Of a DNA stretch of 64,000 nt, positions 13,121-31,120 are shown piece by piece. The translations under genes and the position numbers were made by a program. The stretch comes from the human T2T-CHM13v2.0 reference genome, Homo sapiens, in NCBI RefSeq assembly GCF_009914755.1, contig NC_060936.1; one strand, written 5' to 3'. How positions within the stretch are numbered: position 1 is the first letter of the stretch; every line of letters starts with the position of its first letter. The notes below the pieces were generated by a model. It was not told the origin of the DNA. It was given only the letters and a program-made list of their open reading frames with translations, and made no database searches.

Positions 13121-13607
13121 AGACCCCCCAAAGTGATAGTTATGTGGCATAAAGGGAGGGTATGATAGCTTTGTATACCAGTAATTTAATTAATGCTATT
13201 TCATGTAAGTTAAACATAATAAAACACCATAATAAGAATGTCTGTTCTGTGATTTATGTTACATCAGGACATACTGAGAGTAAAAGGAGAATCAAGACTG
13301 GAAAAATGGTTGGACTATTCGCTTGATCCTTCAATCATAATATATTAAAATGAAAAACACTTTCAAAGTCATTGAAGGATAAATATGAATACATATTTTA
13401 CAATAGTAAAATTGCTACCTGTATTTCATAAATTTGACAGTTTTCTCCTTTGCTTTTATTTGAACCATGTACTTAATGCTATTGTAGCAATTATAACACT
13501 TTATTCTACATATTGCCTCATATTTCTAGTCTGTTTTATATAGGGTTTAGTGCTGGCACATGGCAAGAGATTGAAACATTTGCTGAATAAAATAGGAGTA
13601 TCCGTCA

Positions 13608-13766
<159 letters not shown>

Positions 13767-13963
13767 TTAAGTTTTAGGGTACATGTGCACAATGTGCAGG
13801 TTCGTTACATATGTATATATGTGCCATGCTGGTGCGCTGCACCCACTAACTCGTCATCTAGCATTAGGTATATCTCCCAATGCTATCCCTCCCCCCTCCC
13901 CCCACCCCACAACAGTCCCCAGAGTGTGATGTTCCCCTTCCTGTCTCCATGTGTTCTCATTGT

Positions 13964-17801
<3,838 letters not shown>

Positions 17802-17849
17802 TTATTTTGCTCATTAGTTGATGCAGTTTCTTCCTAGTCTTGACTGTCT

Positions 17850-18863
17850 TTACATTTTGGCATTATTTTGCAGTGGCTGGTAGTGGTTGTTCGTTTCCAT
17901 GTTTAGTGCTTCCTTCAGGAGCTCTTTTAGGGCAGGCCTAGTGGTGACAAAATCTCTCAGCATTTGCTTGTCTGTAAAGTATTTTATTTCTCCTTCACTT
18001 ATGAAGCTTAGTTTGGCTGGATATGAAATTCTGGGTTGAAAATTCTTGTCTTTAAGAATGTTGAATATTGGCCCCCACTCTCTTCTGGCTTGTAGAGTTT
18101 CTGCTGAGAGATCCGCTGTTAGTCTGATGGGCTTCCCTTTGTGGATAACCTGACCTTTCTCTCTGGCTGCCCTTAAAATTTTTTCCTTCATTTCAACTTT
18201 GGTGAATCTGACAATTATGTGTCTTGGAGTTGCTCTTCTCGAGGAGTATCTTTGTGGCATTCTCTGTATTTCCTGAATCTGAATGTTGGCCTGCCTTGCT
18301 AGATTGGGGAAGTTCTCCTGGATAATATCCTGCAGAGTGTTTTCCAACTTGGTTCCATTCTCCCCATCACTTTCAGGTACACCAATCAGACGTAGATTTG
18401 GTCTTTTCACATAGTCCCATATTTCTTGGAGGCTTTGTTCATTTCTCTTTATTCTTTTTTCTCTAAACTTCCCTTCTTGCTTCATTTCATTCATTTCATC
18501 TTCCATCACTGATACCCTTTCTTCCAGTTGATCGCATCGGCTCCTGAGGCTTCTGCATTCTTCACGTAGTTCTTGAGCCTTGGCTTTCAGCTCTATCAGC
18601 TCCTTTAAGCACTTCTCTGTATTGGTTATTCTAGTTATACATTCGTCTAAATTTTTTTCAAAGTTTTTAACTTCTTTGCCTTTGTTTTGAATTTCCTCCT
18701 GTAGCTCGTAGTTTGATCATCTGAAGCCTTCTTCTCTCAACTTGTCAAAGTCATTCTCCGTCGAGCTTTGTTCCATTGTTGGTGAGGAACTGCATTCCTT
18801 TGGAGGAGGAGAGGTGCTCCGTTTTTCAGAGTTTCCAGTTTTTCTGCTCTGTTTTTTCCCCAT
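17850..18863 (-). pseudogene. L1 ORF1p with a premature stop at codon 49
   Basis: ATG at 18863 (MGKKQSRKTGNS...); in-frame TGA at 18719-18717 (CGA>TGA); C-terminal 219 aa open (REKG, ARR and YPAKLS motifs). Confidence 0.92.
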
Positions 18864-19907
18864 CTTTGTGGTTTTATCTACTTTTGGTCTTTGATGATGG
18901 TCATGTACAGATGGGTTTTTGGTGTGGATGTCCTTTCTGTTTGTTAGTTTTCCTTCTAACAGACAGGACCCTCAGCTGCAGGTCTGTTGGAGTTTGCTAG
19001 TGGTCCACTCCAGACCCTGTTTGCCTGGGTATCAGCAGCGGTGTTTGCAGAACAGCGGTTTTTCGTGAACCGCGAATGTTGCTGTCTGATCATTCCTCTG
19101 GAAGTTTTGTCTCAGAGGAGTACCCGGCCGTGTGAAGTGTCAGTCTGCCCCTACTGGGGGGTGCCTCCCAGTTAGGCTGCTCAGGGGTCAGGGGTCAGGG
19201 GTCAGGGGCCCACTTGAGGAGGCAGTCTGCCCGTTCTCAGATCTCCAGCTGCATGCTGGGAGAACCACTGCTCTCTTCAAAGCTGTCAGACGGGGACATT
19301 TAAGTCTGCGGAGGTTACTGCTGTCTTTTTGTTTGTCTGTGCCCTGCCCCCAGAGATGGAGCCTACAGAGGCAGGCAGGCCTCCTTGAGCTGTGGTGGGC
19401 TGCACCCAGTTCGAGCTTCCTGGCTGCTTTGTTTACCTAAGCAAGCCTGGGCAATGGCGGGCGCCCCTCCCCCAGCCTCGCCGCTGCCTTGCAGTTTGAT
19501 CTCAGACTGCTGTGCTAGCAATCAGTGAGAATCCGTGAGCGTAGGACCCTCCAAGCCAGGTGCAGGATATAATCTCCTGGTGTGCCATTTTTTAAGCCCA
19601 TTGGAAAAGCGCAGTATTAGGGTGGGAGTGACCCGATTTTCCAGGTGCCGTCTGTCACCCCTTTCTTTGACTAGGAAAGGGAACTCCCTGACCCCTTGCA
19701 CTTCCTGAGTGAGGCAATGCCTCGCCCTGCTTTTGCTCGCGCATGGTGAGCTGCACCTACTGACCTGCTCCCACTGTCTGGCACTCCCTAGTGAGATGAA
19801 CCCGGTACCTCAGATGGAAATGCAGAAATCACCCGTCTTCTGCGTCGCTCACGCTGGGAGCTGTAGACCAGAGCTGTTCCTATTTGGCCATGTTGGCTCC
19901 TCCCCTC
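18864..19907 (-). promoter_or_regulatory. L1PA3 5'UTR: internal sense promoter (-) and antisense promoter (+)
   Basis: Full 5'UTR from GAGGGGAGGAGCCAACATGGCC (YY1-type site); antisense donor-like sites at 19560, 19645 and 19805. Activity is inferred from the family, not shown. Confidence 0.7.
19454..19528 (+). pseudogene. L1 ORF0, truncated at codon 25
   Basis: ATGGCGGGCGCCCCTCCCCCA = MAGAPPPASPLPCSLISDCCASNQ, then TGA at 19526-19528 (CGA>TGA). Confidence 0.85.
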
Positions 19908-20878
19908 CGAGACCTCATTTCTACAAAAAAAAAATTTCAAAAGTTAGCTGGGCATGGTGGCACGTGACTTTGGTCTCAGCTACTTGGGAGGCTGAGGTGG
20001 GAGGATTTTCTCAGCCTGAGGGGTGATCATGCTACTACACTCCAGCCTGGGCAACAGAGTGAGACCTTATCTGAAAAAAATTAACCTGAGTGTGAACAGG
20101 GATGTCTGGGGTATGCTCATAACTTTTCTGAGACAGGTATCATAGGTATCAGCAAGGTTCTTCCTAAACATACTAAAAGGGTATCATAGTGGGAGAATAT
20201 AGATGAGAGAATGACTTGTCCATGGATTGGAAGCAAGGCCAAGTGAGTGTTCACTGCATTGTATACTAGCATTTAGTCAAAGGAAAGTTTGGCATATCTA
20301 GACTGGTTAAGAGAAAGACCCATTCCCTGGTTTTGTTTTGACTTTGTGTGATGGATGAAATGGTTGTTGTATGTATGGGTAGGAAAAGTTGACATGATCA
20401 ACTTAATCCTTCTAGGGAATTTTTATGCTATTTATAAGAATGCAGATGGACACTTTATATAAGGTCTTTTTCAAATTTAAAGCAAATGGGTTTTGATGTG
20501 AATCAAAGCATGTTATAAATGCCAGTGTGTAGCACACAAAAATACACGTGGATAACCCGTTGTAATTCCTTTGGGAAATAATGGAAGTGCTTGTTTTAAT
20601 CTAAGATATTCAGATATTAAAACATTCCCTTTGAGTAAAAGGGAACATTCTGCTTCTAACTAAGCCTTTGTTACAACCAAAATGATTCTTTCAGAATAGA
20701 GCAGTATTAGATAATTATGATTTTATTAAAAATACTTGTTACCCGAATACATGTTACAAGGACCCATCTATTGCCATGTATTACAGTGATCTCACACAAA
20801 ATTGTATTTATACTTAATTTCATGTGGTGGAATATGATTTATTATAGGGTCGATGCCTAAAAGATGCCAAAAGAAATT

Positions 20879-20881
<3 letters not shown>

Positions 20882-20916
<35 letters not shown>

Positions 20917-21167
20917 CAGTGTCTTGCTTTGTTGCCCAGGCTGGAGTGCAGTGGTGTGATCAATCTCAACCTCCTGGGCTCAACCCATCCTCCCACCAAA
21001 TAGCTGGGACCACAGGTGCATGCCACCCAGCTAATTTTGTATGTTTCTGTAGAAACGGGATTTTGCCATGTTGCCTAGGCTGGTCTCCAACTCCTTGGGG
21101 CCAAGCAATCCTCCCACCTCGGCCTCCCACAATGCTAGGATTACAGGTGTGAGCCACCATGCCCAGC
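20882..21167 (-). mobile_element. AluJ-like SINE with small internal deletions and a ~31-nt T run
   Basis: GTTGCCCAGGCTGGAGTGCAGTGG...CAAGCAATCCTCCCACCTCGGCCTCCC...GAGCCACCATGCCCAGC; no clear TSD. Confidence 0.9.
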
Positions 21168-21514
21168 TGAAACCAACCAATTTTTAAGACCACTGTTGAA
21201 GTGATAGCTCAATATATTTCATGAAGTCTTTTTTATATAAGGATGCAAATAGTGAATTCTTGTTTGACTATAGTTCTTGGAAAAAAATATGTATGTAACT
21301 CAATATGTTTTCTGTAGATAGAAAATGGAAATTGTTACTCCATTTTTGGCTCCATGTCCAGGAAATTAAGAGCCAGATGAATTGCCCAAGTACTAATCCC
21401 TGTTTAACTGAGGTGCCTGAAAGTACTGTAGCCTTTGGTCTTCTCAAAACATAAGTTCTACTTTATTCTCAAATGTCTCATCTTGCATTGTGTTTATTTT
21501 AAGTAAAACTATTT

Positions 21515-22200
21515 TTCTGGTAAAAAGAATGTGTATTCACAACAGAAAATTTAGAAAATATAGAAAAGCATATGATGAAAAAATCAGTAATTTCTATTCC
21601 AAAGAAAACTATTATTATTATATTTTCTTCAGTGTCTTTTTCTATGTTAGTTACCGTACACTTGCTAAATATGCGTATTCACAAATATTGACTTGATTGA
21701 ACTTATCACCTACCTTTTCTTTTCACTGAACAGTATATCAAAGGCATTTTCTCAACCCATAAACTATTCTTCTGTTAATAAAACATAATTTTTCTTGGCT
21801 TCATGAAATTCCATTATATTGAGAGACAAAAATTTATTTTCATTTTATCAATTCAGTGTAAGTAGATGTTTATGTTTTTTGTCTGTAACTAAGATAAACA
21901 ACCTTATGAATAATTCTGTGTTCATCCTAGAAATGTGATTGCTGAGTGAAATGGTATGAATATTTGTATATCTTTAAGAATATATATCTATGTCTAGTTC
22001 TATTTCCACATCTCTATCTAAATGTTGGATCACTCTATTTTCCTACCAGCTGCTTATGTGAGTAGTCTGTTCCCTCATGCTCTCAATAATTAAATTATCA
22101 ACAATGCTAGACTGGTGAATTATCTATAGTACTTCATTGTTGTTTAAATTTTTCTTTGACTACTAATTTATTGGCCATATATATTTTTATTTTTACCATT
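21515..22200 (-). mobile_element. Ancient L1M (L1ME-like) 3' fragments
   Basis: AT-rich antisense L1M-like blocks: AGAAAATTTAGAAAATATAGAAAAG and CCTAGAAATGTGATTGCTGAGTGAAATGGTATG. Confidence 0.5.
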
Positions 22201-22735
22201 TACAGGTGAGTCATCCTGTTCTCTTTCACATTGTTTCAATCTGGAACAATATGAAGAGTGACATGTTTTATATGAACTAATTTCCTCCAAGTTATCTATT
22301 GTCATTGACTTGTAAACTCACTGGTTTCCTGCATTCTTGTGGATGTGATTTTGGAGCCGTATTATTAGGACTTTTGCAGTATTGGTGGAGTCACACAAAA
22401 TGACCTAAAGATACTCTCAGAGATCAGAAGCAGCATGTGAGTTTCAGGCAACTGCATTCACACTTCCTGGGACACATAAATGGAAAAGGTACAAAGATAC
22501 AGCACCAATACTAACTGAAACGGCCCTTTTATCATGAAACAGCTTTAATTCAATATACAGGCCATGAGTGATATATAGGGTGGCTTACTCATTAGTCATT
22601 CACATTCATACACAGAGGAAATAACAGAATTGATACCAACTTTGAACGAAAGAATAGTAAAGCATATGTTATTTTCCATATAGATCTTGTCTTCGCCTAT
22701 GCCTAAATTCACAGTATACTAGTTACTTGCTTTAA

Positions 22736-23028
<293 letters not shown>

Positions 23029-23547
23029 TTTAATATTTTAATAACTGTCTTTTCCATACAACTTCACAGCATATCATTGTGAGAAAATAAAACATCCTTA
23101 AAACCAAGAATAAATGAATTGTTAGGAGACTATTTTTATAAATAAGACAGAAAATTAATAGGAATGCCAAGGATCCTTAAAAGCTATGCTTGTCTGTCTC
23201 TTGGGTTCTTGGTAATATTGAACTTTATCTCTTTAGAATAATTTTTTTTCTAGTTAAATGCTTTTTACATAGAAAGTTTCAAGTAGTTTTTTTGAATGAA
23301 AAATATTCCAGTTGTTTCACACTCCTCCTTAGATGTCTTTTCAGCATTGCCCTATACAGTTATCCAACATTTCAGGCAATGGAGTAAATTTTCCTGAGAT
23401 TACCTCAGACTTACTTGAATTAGTAATCTGATTGAATTTTATTTGTTTTATGTGAAACATTCCCTGAGCATCTCCATTGCTATAGGGGATCCTGTTGGAA
23501 GAGAATCTTCTCTGAAGGGGATTTTGCGGGTAAGAAAGGGTTAAAAA

Positions 23548-23908
<361 letters not shown>

Positions 23909-24453
23909 CTATCCCACAGAGGAGAGTCAGTTAGTGTTTCATTGTGGCCTTCATCTACCTATTGATGCCAGTGTGGAGGCATGAAGTTATGCTTAAATCT
24001 GATATATGATTTTCCAAGTTAACTGTGTGTTCTTTCTTTCTTAATTAAACCCCTTCTATAGAGTTACCATTCAGGTTTCTGCTATTAAACTGAGGGATCT
24101 TTTGATGATTGACACCATTTCCTGCTGTACAAACACTCCAAATATTCTAGTTTTCTCAGAAGCTTTTAAAGAAAGACACTATCTACTTACCTTTGGACCC
24201 AATAGATTTGTAGCTTTTCGATATGGTAAATATTGTACGATATATTTAAATTAAGTACTTATTTAGTTTGTGGAGTAATATTTTGCTATACTCATATGCT
24301 TTGTGTATTTTGGACACTTGGAAAAATGATTATTGTATTTAAGCTCCACACATCAAGTTATTGAAAAGCTCAGGGTTTTCATCAAAGCAGAATGTAGGTA
24401 AGTTTCATAAGTATTTTACTGTATAAAGTTTTAAAGACACAATTGGACAATTT

Positions 24454-24472
24454 AGGCCAGCAGATGGCACTC
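24454..24472 (+). promoter_or_regulatory. Candidate CTCF binding site
   Basis: AGGCCAGCAGATGGCACTC matches the CTCF core CCASYAGRKGGCRC, in unique sequence. Confidence 0.6.
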
Positions 24473-24869
24473 TTACCTTTGTCCTCATTTGAAGAGATGT
24501 TTGAGGTTGTGGCAACTTCTCTCGTAACTAGATCTCAGAAACTGTTGAAAATTGCATTTTCCTATTTTTATTTAAACACAGTTTTATAAAAAAGCAATAA
24601 AGTTATTTTTACGTTTATAGAGAAAAGTGGATGAATGGACAAAACCATTTCTATAGATAGTCTGTTCAATTATTTGTTAGCACGTGAAATAGTTAAGATC
24701 CATATGGATGAAAAATGCTCTTACTGCAAATGCGTTCTATATTGTATAAGTGTCTTTTCTTTCTTATTTATGAACTCAGAATCTTAATCTGATAAATCCA
24801 GCTGGATGAACAATAGAATGAGAACAATGCTCCTCTTGTCTTTTGTTTCTTGGATTTCATATAATAGCT

Positions 24870-24985
24870 TGAAATCATAGGATCTTAGTGCTATAAAGAG
24901 CCTTGGAGATCATTTAGTTGAACATGCAAACTTTTAGGTGAGGAAACCAAGGCCCACAGAGGTGAAATGACTTGTCCAATTTGAA
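24870..24985 (-). mobile_element. MIR-family (MIR3/MIRc-like) fragment
   Basis: CCTTGGAGATCATTTAG...TTTTAGGTGAGGAAACCAAGGCCCACAGAGGTGAAATGACTTGTCCAA. Confidence 0.7.
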
Positions 24986-26894
24986 GGTAGAAATACTGCT
25001 TTTAGTTAAAAGCAGAAAACAGGACTCACTGTCTTCAGAGCAAAGCTGCACAAGAACCTTATGCTTTATAATTGCATTTTGCTCCGTTATTCTCTGACGG
25101 AATGGAAGGCAAGGGATCTTTGGCCACTTGACTTATTGGTGGAGATCGATAAATTTGTCATGTTTCTTCTGCTTTTGCTTTTTTTCATAAAACTGCACAC
25201 AGCAGCTAAGAATTCAGAAATGCCCCTCAGATATATCTAAATATCCAAATCAGGCAAAAAACATATGGTAGGAATCTTTTTTCGTGGTAATTACAGATTT
25301 AAAGAGGGATACACACATTTTTAATAAAGTTTAATTTAATAAAAAAGGGGCATACCAAGACTAGGGTAATCTACATGTTGCAGGTATAAAATGTCCGAAC
25401 TCTGAACTAGTTAACTGAGTAGTTAGTTCATTTGCAGTGGAGATATTTGTGGAACCAGGGAACATTCATAAGCAGTACGGGATTAGTAGGATAGGGTATC
25501 CAGTTGGTGTTCAAGAATATCAGTATACAAAAAGCATCTCATTTCTTTATTGTTATGAATCAAATTAAATATGGGTTATTCCATTTTCCTGGCTAGCAGG
25601 CTAGCAGGACATCCAAACTCAAGTTTTTTTTTCTTTTTCTTTTCTTTTTTTTTTTTTTTAAGGAGAACTTCCCTACTTCACGCAGAATGGGAAAAGACCC
25701 AAGGGGCTTAAATAAACCAGAAAAATTGGACCAGGGCCTCCATTCTCTGCCTTTGTTGATAGTCACTGAGATGTTTGTTGTTTAAGCTTGTGTGGTCCTT
25801 TTGGAGGCATTTCCCTTTTACCATTCACCGCCTTCGTGGGGCATTGACACAGAACCTTCACGCTGTGCAGGGTTCTAGACATTCACACAGAAGCTCTGCT
25901 ACTTCTTAGGTGCTGTGAAGGTGCGTGTCCTCTACTCCCAACCTACCACCACTGCTCCAGAGTCCGCCATCCCCAGCTTCCAGTCTCTGGATATCTAGCT
26001 CACTTCAGGGTCTAGTGGGGCAAAACCCTCCAGGCCCTTTGGGACTCTATTGCTTAATTTGCTCCAACGGGTCTGAAGCCAAAAACGGTTCCTCTTCTCC
26101 TGGGGAATTCAGAACACAAAAGGAAGTCTGACAGAAGAAAAAAAAATAATCTCTCTCTCTCTCTTTTTTTTTTTTGGACAGTGAGTTTTCAGCAAGAAGG
26201 ATAGAACAAATTTTAATTTCTCAATAATGTGGCCTATTTCATAAGGCTACACTTTATTCTAGCCATACGTTTTTATGATGAGTGACAATACAGGAGGAGG
26301 TGAAAGGAAGATCCAAATTCACAGAAGCTGCTGCTTCTAAGTGTTGATACTAACCAGGTCCCTGAGCTCTTGCTGGGTAAAAAGTAGGTTACTTTTAAGT
26401 GGAACAACTGTTCAAAGTACAAAGACTGGAGTACGTGGGGGGAATAAAGAGCAGTGGTTTTTTCCCAGAGGAGCGGGCCTCTTCTACTAAGCAGCCAAAA
26501 ATGTTTATTGCTGTTTAATGTTCTATTGCCAAACTTGATTTCTTTTCTTCTCAGAAACCTTTAACTTCCTATCAAATAGAATCCACACTTACTGCCTACT
26601 TTACGCCTTAGGGATCCTTGAGAATTTCCTAGGTTAATTTATGCTAAGTGCTATTAAGGCATCATCTAGACAAGTGAATGCCCTTCCCCCTGCCCAACCA
26701 TCTTTTTTTAGTTGTTTTTGATGTACCTCCTAGACTAGGACCTGAGATAAATGTAAACTCCTAGAAAATATCCCAGTGAGCGAAGCTTGTCAGGTCTATA
26801 AGGCAGAAGAAAAAGATTATTTCTGACATGACTGCCCATTTCTCCACATGGTGGTATAACAGCGAAACTTGGAGTTGTTCTTCCTCTTCTAGCT

Positions 26895-27062
26895 CAGCCC
26901 TGATGGGTTCATACCCGCTTGTGACAACTGATTGGGTGAATCTCTCCCCAACAGCATGTTGGCAGGATGATGGTGTGGCTTGAAATCTGCCATGGTGGAA
27001 TTATTTATAAAGAGGGGCAAAGACTACAAATAATAGCTGGTTGATAAACCAGCACACTACTA
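26895..27062. mobile_element. MER63-like hAT DNA transposon remnant
   Basis: GCTTGAAATCTGCCATGGTGG...CTACAAAT...GCTGGTTG..AAACCAGCACACTACT resembles MER63 internal and terminal sequence. Confidence 0.55.
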
Positions 27063-30000
27063 CTAAAAAATCACATTTGAACCAGCTTTTTGAATAATTT
27101 ATTAAAACAACAACAGCAACTGTAAGGACCTAAAGGCTTTTCATTTCAACTTTATGTGAAAAGAATACCTAGAGAGAGAGTTTGGGTGATTCATAATGGG
27201 AAGGCTATTCATTCCCCCTGCTTCAGCATATATTAATTATAATTTTAAAATTCCAGCATCACTTTTGTTTAATAAAAATTAATTGCCTGTGTGCCAATGA
27301 TAACATATCTTTAGAGCATGCCACAACTTTGCTCCCTTAAAAGAAAAATATAAGAAAATGAGCAAGAAAGTCTTTTGAGTTAATGTTTTAAGAAGTAGGT
27401 GGAGAGATAATGAAGAATACCATTTGAAAGCTATTGCAGGTGATATTTTTAGGAAGTTATTTGTACCTTAATGCTCATTGCTTCCCCCTAAGCTTTGCCA
27501 GCGATAACTCCTGTTAAACCTAAATTACTTTGACAATTATTACAGATTTTAAGGAATGTTGTGGTAAGCCTTAGGGAAGCAACTAGATTAAATGAAATAA
27601 TATATTAGTGACTACAAAATGTATTGTTGAAGAAAAAGCCCCTTTCTTCCCCCAAAATCACCATGTCCATAAACAAGAACACCCTGAGTGTTATATCAGT
27701 ATCAAGTTTGACTTTATTTTTATTAGAACCATGGCAATTGGCAAAGAAATTATTTTTTGTATAGTGCTGTCATATACATATTGCAAAGCAGGATTGTAAA
27801 ACAACATATATTTATATATAAGTCAAGGATTCTGTTAAGCCTTCAGGAAGCTTAGGTATCAAGTAGTAGTTTGAAAAGCAAAAAATAAAAAAGGTACGAA
27901 TGGTAGGAGGCTTTCTTTAAGATAAGGAGCCCTGAATCATTGCTGATTCTGTTGTCTCTGCAGTTGCTAATGTTCACGCTTCAAGGATTGTCAGCTACAC
28001 CGCTGTAGAATCACCAAACAATGCCTCCAAATCCCTCAAGGAGTCAGCCATACAGCCTTCTAACTTTAGGAGCATCTCATGTTGACTTTGTCAAATATCT
28101 CAGGATCCATCACGAACCACAGATGAACTAGGGCCCCGAGCTTCAACATCAGAGAGGGAGATGTTTCCCTGCATTTGGTTCTCAAACACACACCTCTACA
28201 GACGTGGCTGAATCCCCTCTTCCATCCCTCTAGGGAAGAGATGGCCTGATACGGAGTCTGGCTAGAGTACTGAAAATTTATCATAATGTTTATACTTCAT
28301 CGTCTTCTATTCTTGTGCCTTCTAGCCTTAAAATGTAACCATGATATATACAGAAGTTATCCCTCAATTTCTTGTATCTTATTTGGAGGGAAATTTTGGA
28401 TGTTTGAGGGTAAGAGGCACATGAGGGACTGGATTTGAATCTCTGCATGTCAGATATTAAAGTTCATGGAATTAGGCACACATTGCTATAGTCAGTGTAA
28501 CCCTCAAATCTGATCTTACTAAACCTACACAATATTTAAAAGATGCTCCAGATTTCTGAAACACTATAAAAATAATGCTCTGAATTTTAGACATTTGATA
28601 ATTTGTAAGTGAAGGTATTCGAGTTTGATTATGATATGTCCATGCATTGAAGTTTATTTATGAGGAGAGTTATTCAATAGACATTTCTTGGGGCCAAATA
28701 TATGTATATGAAACCAAAAAATTTAAAACAATTAAGCTAGAAATAATAGTGCCTCACATTTATTGTCTACTTTTCCTGTGCCAGGAACTGTGATAAGGGC
28801 ATTTAAGGGATTTTTCATTAAGAAAATCTAGGATCACACGTCTTATAAATTTTAGAGTCAGCCTATTAGAACAACTGGACCGAATCTAAGGGTTTAACCC
28901 CCACAATACAACTGTCACACTATACAAAATATAGTGTAAATGGGCACCGATGGAACAGCTGCAGAATGATCTGAGGAGAAAAGACTTCTTGAAAGGCACA
29001 TTTGGAACTAAATTTTGACATATGATCCTATGGCTCCATGCTATAGATTATATTAACAACCTAAAAGTACATAGATTTACAAATTTGAAAATCAGTTAAA
29101 ATTTTGGAAGGAATAGATACCACATGTACTGACTTAAATTTACAGCACAAGTAATTTACCTCCAGTTCCTATTCCTTCATCTCTCCAGTCCACCAAAACA
29201 CCACTGAGAAAATATTCATGAATTGTCATTTCAACTCAAAAACCTTCCCATCATCACTTTCCCAAGCTTTGGTTTATGAATCCATATAAGTTGCCTCTTC
29301 TTCAGTCTGTTAACAGAAAACCTTCATGATCTTAGTCTTTATGATGTCTGGTTTATCAGAGTCTCTTACAGACATTGGTTGAATAAATTCTAATGGTTGT
29401 TTCATTTTTGTCTTCAATTGTCTTGTTTTCACAGCCATGTCATTTTCATTAATCAAACTTTCTCATTCCAAGCTCCCTGCATCCCTTCCCTTGCAAACAC
29501 GAAAAATATATAAAATTGAGCTTTTAATGAGATTGGTAGGAAGCATTATTAACAACTATTCCTCCCAAGACTTGCGGTGGATACAATTCTAAGACAGGAG
29601 ATGGGACCGTTTTGAAAGATAAAGAGTTCAGTTTAGACAGAAGGGCTTTCTGATTTATATTTGTGTTAAGTGGTGTGTTTTGAATAGTAGTTCTATCAAT
29701 GGCTGCCAGAGAGAATCTGGCACCTTTTATTTTATTTTAAATTAAAAGGAGTGTCTGTAGAAGTAAGTGGTCAGGAATCAGCCAACTGCTTCTTTAGACT
29801 GGACAAACACACTTCTTTTTGGAATCCATTCATGCCTTTCCCAAAGGGACATTGTCACACAATGTTTACACAAGTGCTTCCTATTTGTAACTTTGCCAGA
29901 ATTGTGTTCTGTGTGATTCTGATTACACACCCTAGACTTATTGAGTTGCCAACATTCAGACATCATTAGTGACCTCATTAATGTCATTTTGATAAAACGT

Positions 30001-30629
30001 TTACATCATTGCTTCTCTTATATCTTGTTTTTGACGCATATTGGAATGTCTGTTCTACATTTCCCCACATCCTTCATTTACCACATATTTGTTTGATGCG
30101 GTGTTTTTCAAGTTGTTAGTGTTCTGTACTTTTAATCCTTTTGGCTAGAACCCAAATGTTTGGTGTGCCAGGTCATGAGCATTGCACCTTGACAAGAAAA
30201 ATTCTGTTAAAGGCCCCATAATGAGAGAAGTATTGTCTCTCCAGAGGTCTCATGTAGTTCACCTCTCTCCCTCAGTGTTATGTCGGGAAGAGTCACTTTT
30301 CTTCTCTGTACTTCTATTCTATGAGATAAACACAGCCAGTTAGACTTGGGTATCCACAGTGGAGGTTTTTTTCTTCTACCAATTCTAGCTAATTTCATTT
30401 CCACAATGGTCTCTTCTGTGGGATGTGAGCTGCCTACTCTCTGGAATTGGTTACTTTCTTAATGGAAATAGCTTCTGCCTCAGATACCTTATGGTCTCCT
30501 AGGTCCTGATATTGACTTTCCTGTCTGTTCAGATTCCTGAATGACAGCCTTAACCTTAGAATATTATTTGATTAAAAAAAATGAGAATTTAAGGTTATTA
30601 TTCAACCTTAAAAAGGAGATTTAAAGTTG

Positions 30630-30790
30630 AATATTATTCAACCTTGAAAAATGAGATCCTGCCATTTGCCACAATATGAATGCACCATTTTACTATTTAT
30701 ATGTTTTCCATAATATAACATTATTAACCTCAAATATGCACAACAGAATTTATTAAAAATAGAAACCAAAAATAAAAAATAAAAAATAGA
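30630..30790 (+). mobile_element. Short, internally deleted old L1/HAL1-like 3' end with A-rich tail
   Basis: AATATTATTCAACCTT...AATGAGATCCTGCCATTTGCCACAATATG, then ACCTCAAATATGCACAA and an A tail. Confidence 0.55.
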
Positions 30791-30904
30791 AATTGGTGAG
30801 CAAAAAGGAAATGGGAAAGCAATACATGCTTCCAAAGAAGTCACAATTTCTTTGAGGGTGATTAGGCAGTTTTTGGAAACCTTGTCAAACAATCATTGTA
30901 ACAA

Positions 30905-31120
30905 CTCTTATAGAAAGTTAGAGTTTACAAAGAATTTTGACATCTATTATATATTTTATCCTCTCAAAAAACTCTGAGGTAGGGTATTATTATTATTCAT
31001 GCTTTACAATAGAGGAGATTGAGGTTTAGATAGAATTTACTATTTGCCCAGGATTATCCAATTGGTAACAGAGGTAGGAGTTGATCCCAGTGAGTCAGGC
31101 TCAGAATCCAGTGTCCTTTT
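30905..31120 (-). mobile_element. MIR
   Basis: AACTCTGAGGTAGGGTATTATT...TTTACAATAGAGGAGATTGAGGTTTAGA...TTGCCCAGG. Confidence 0.75.

Noticed and set aside
25624-26130. Poly(T) tract as the tail of a minus-strand processed pseudogene
   Set aside because: No TTTATT signal at the expected distance, no TSD and no recognisable coding sequence
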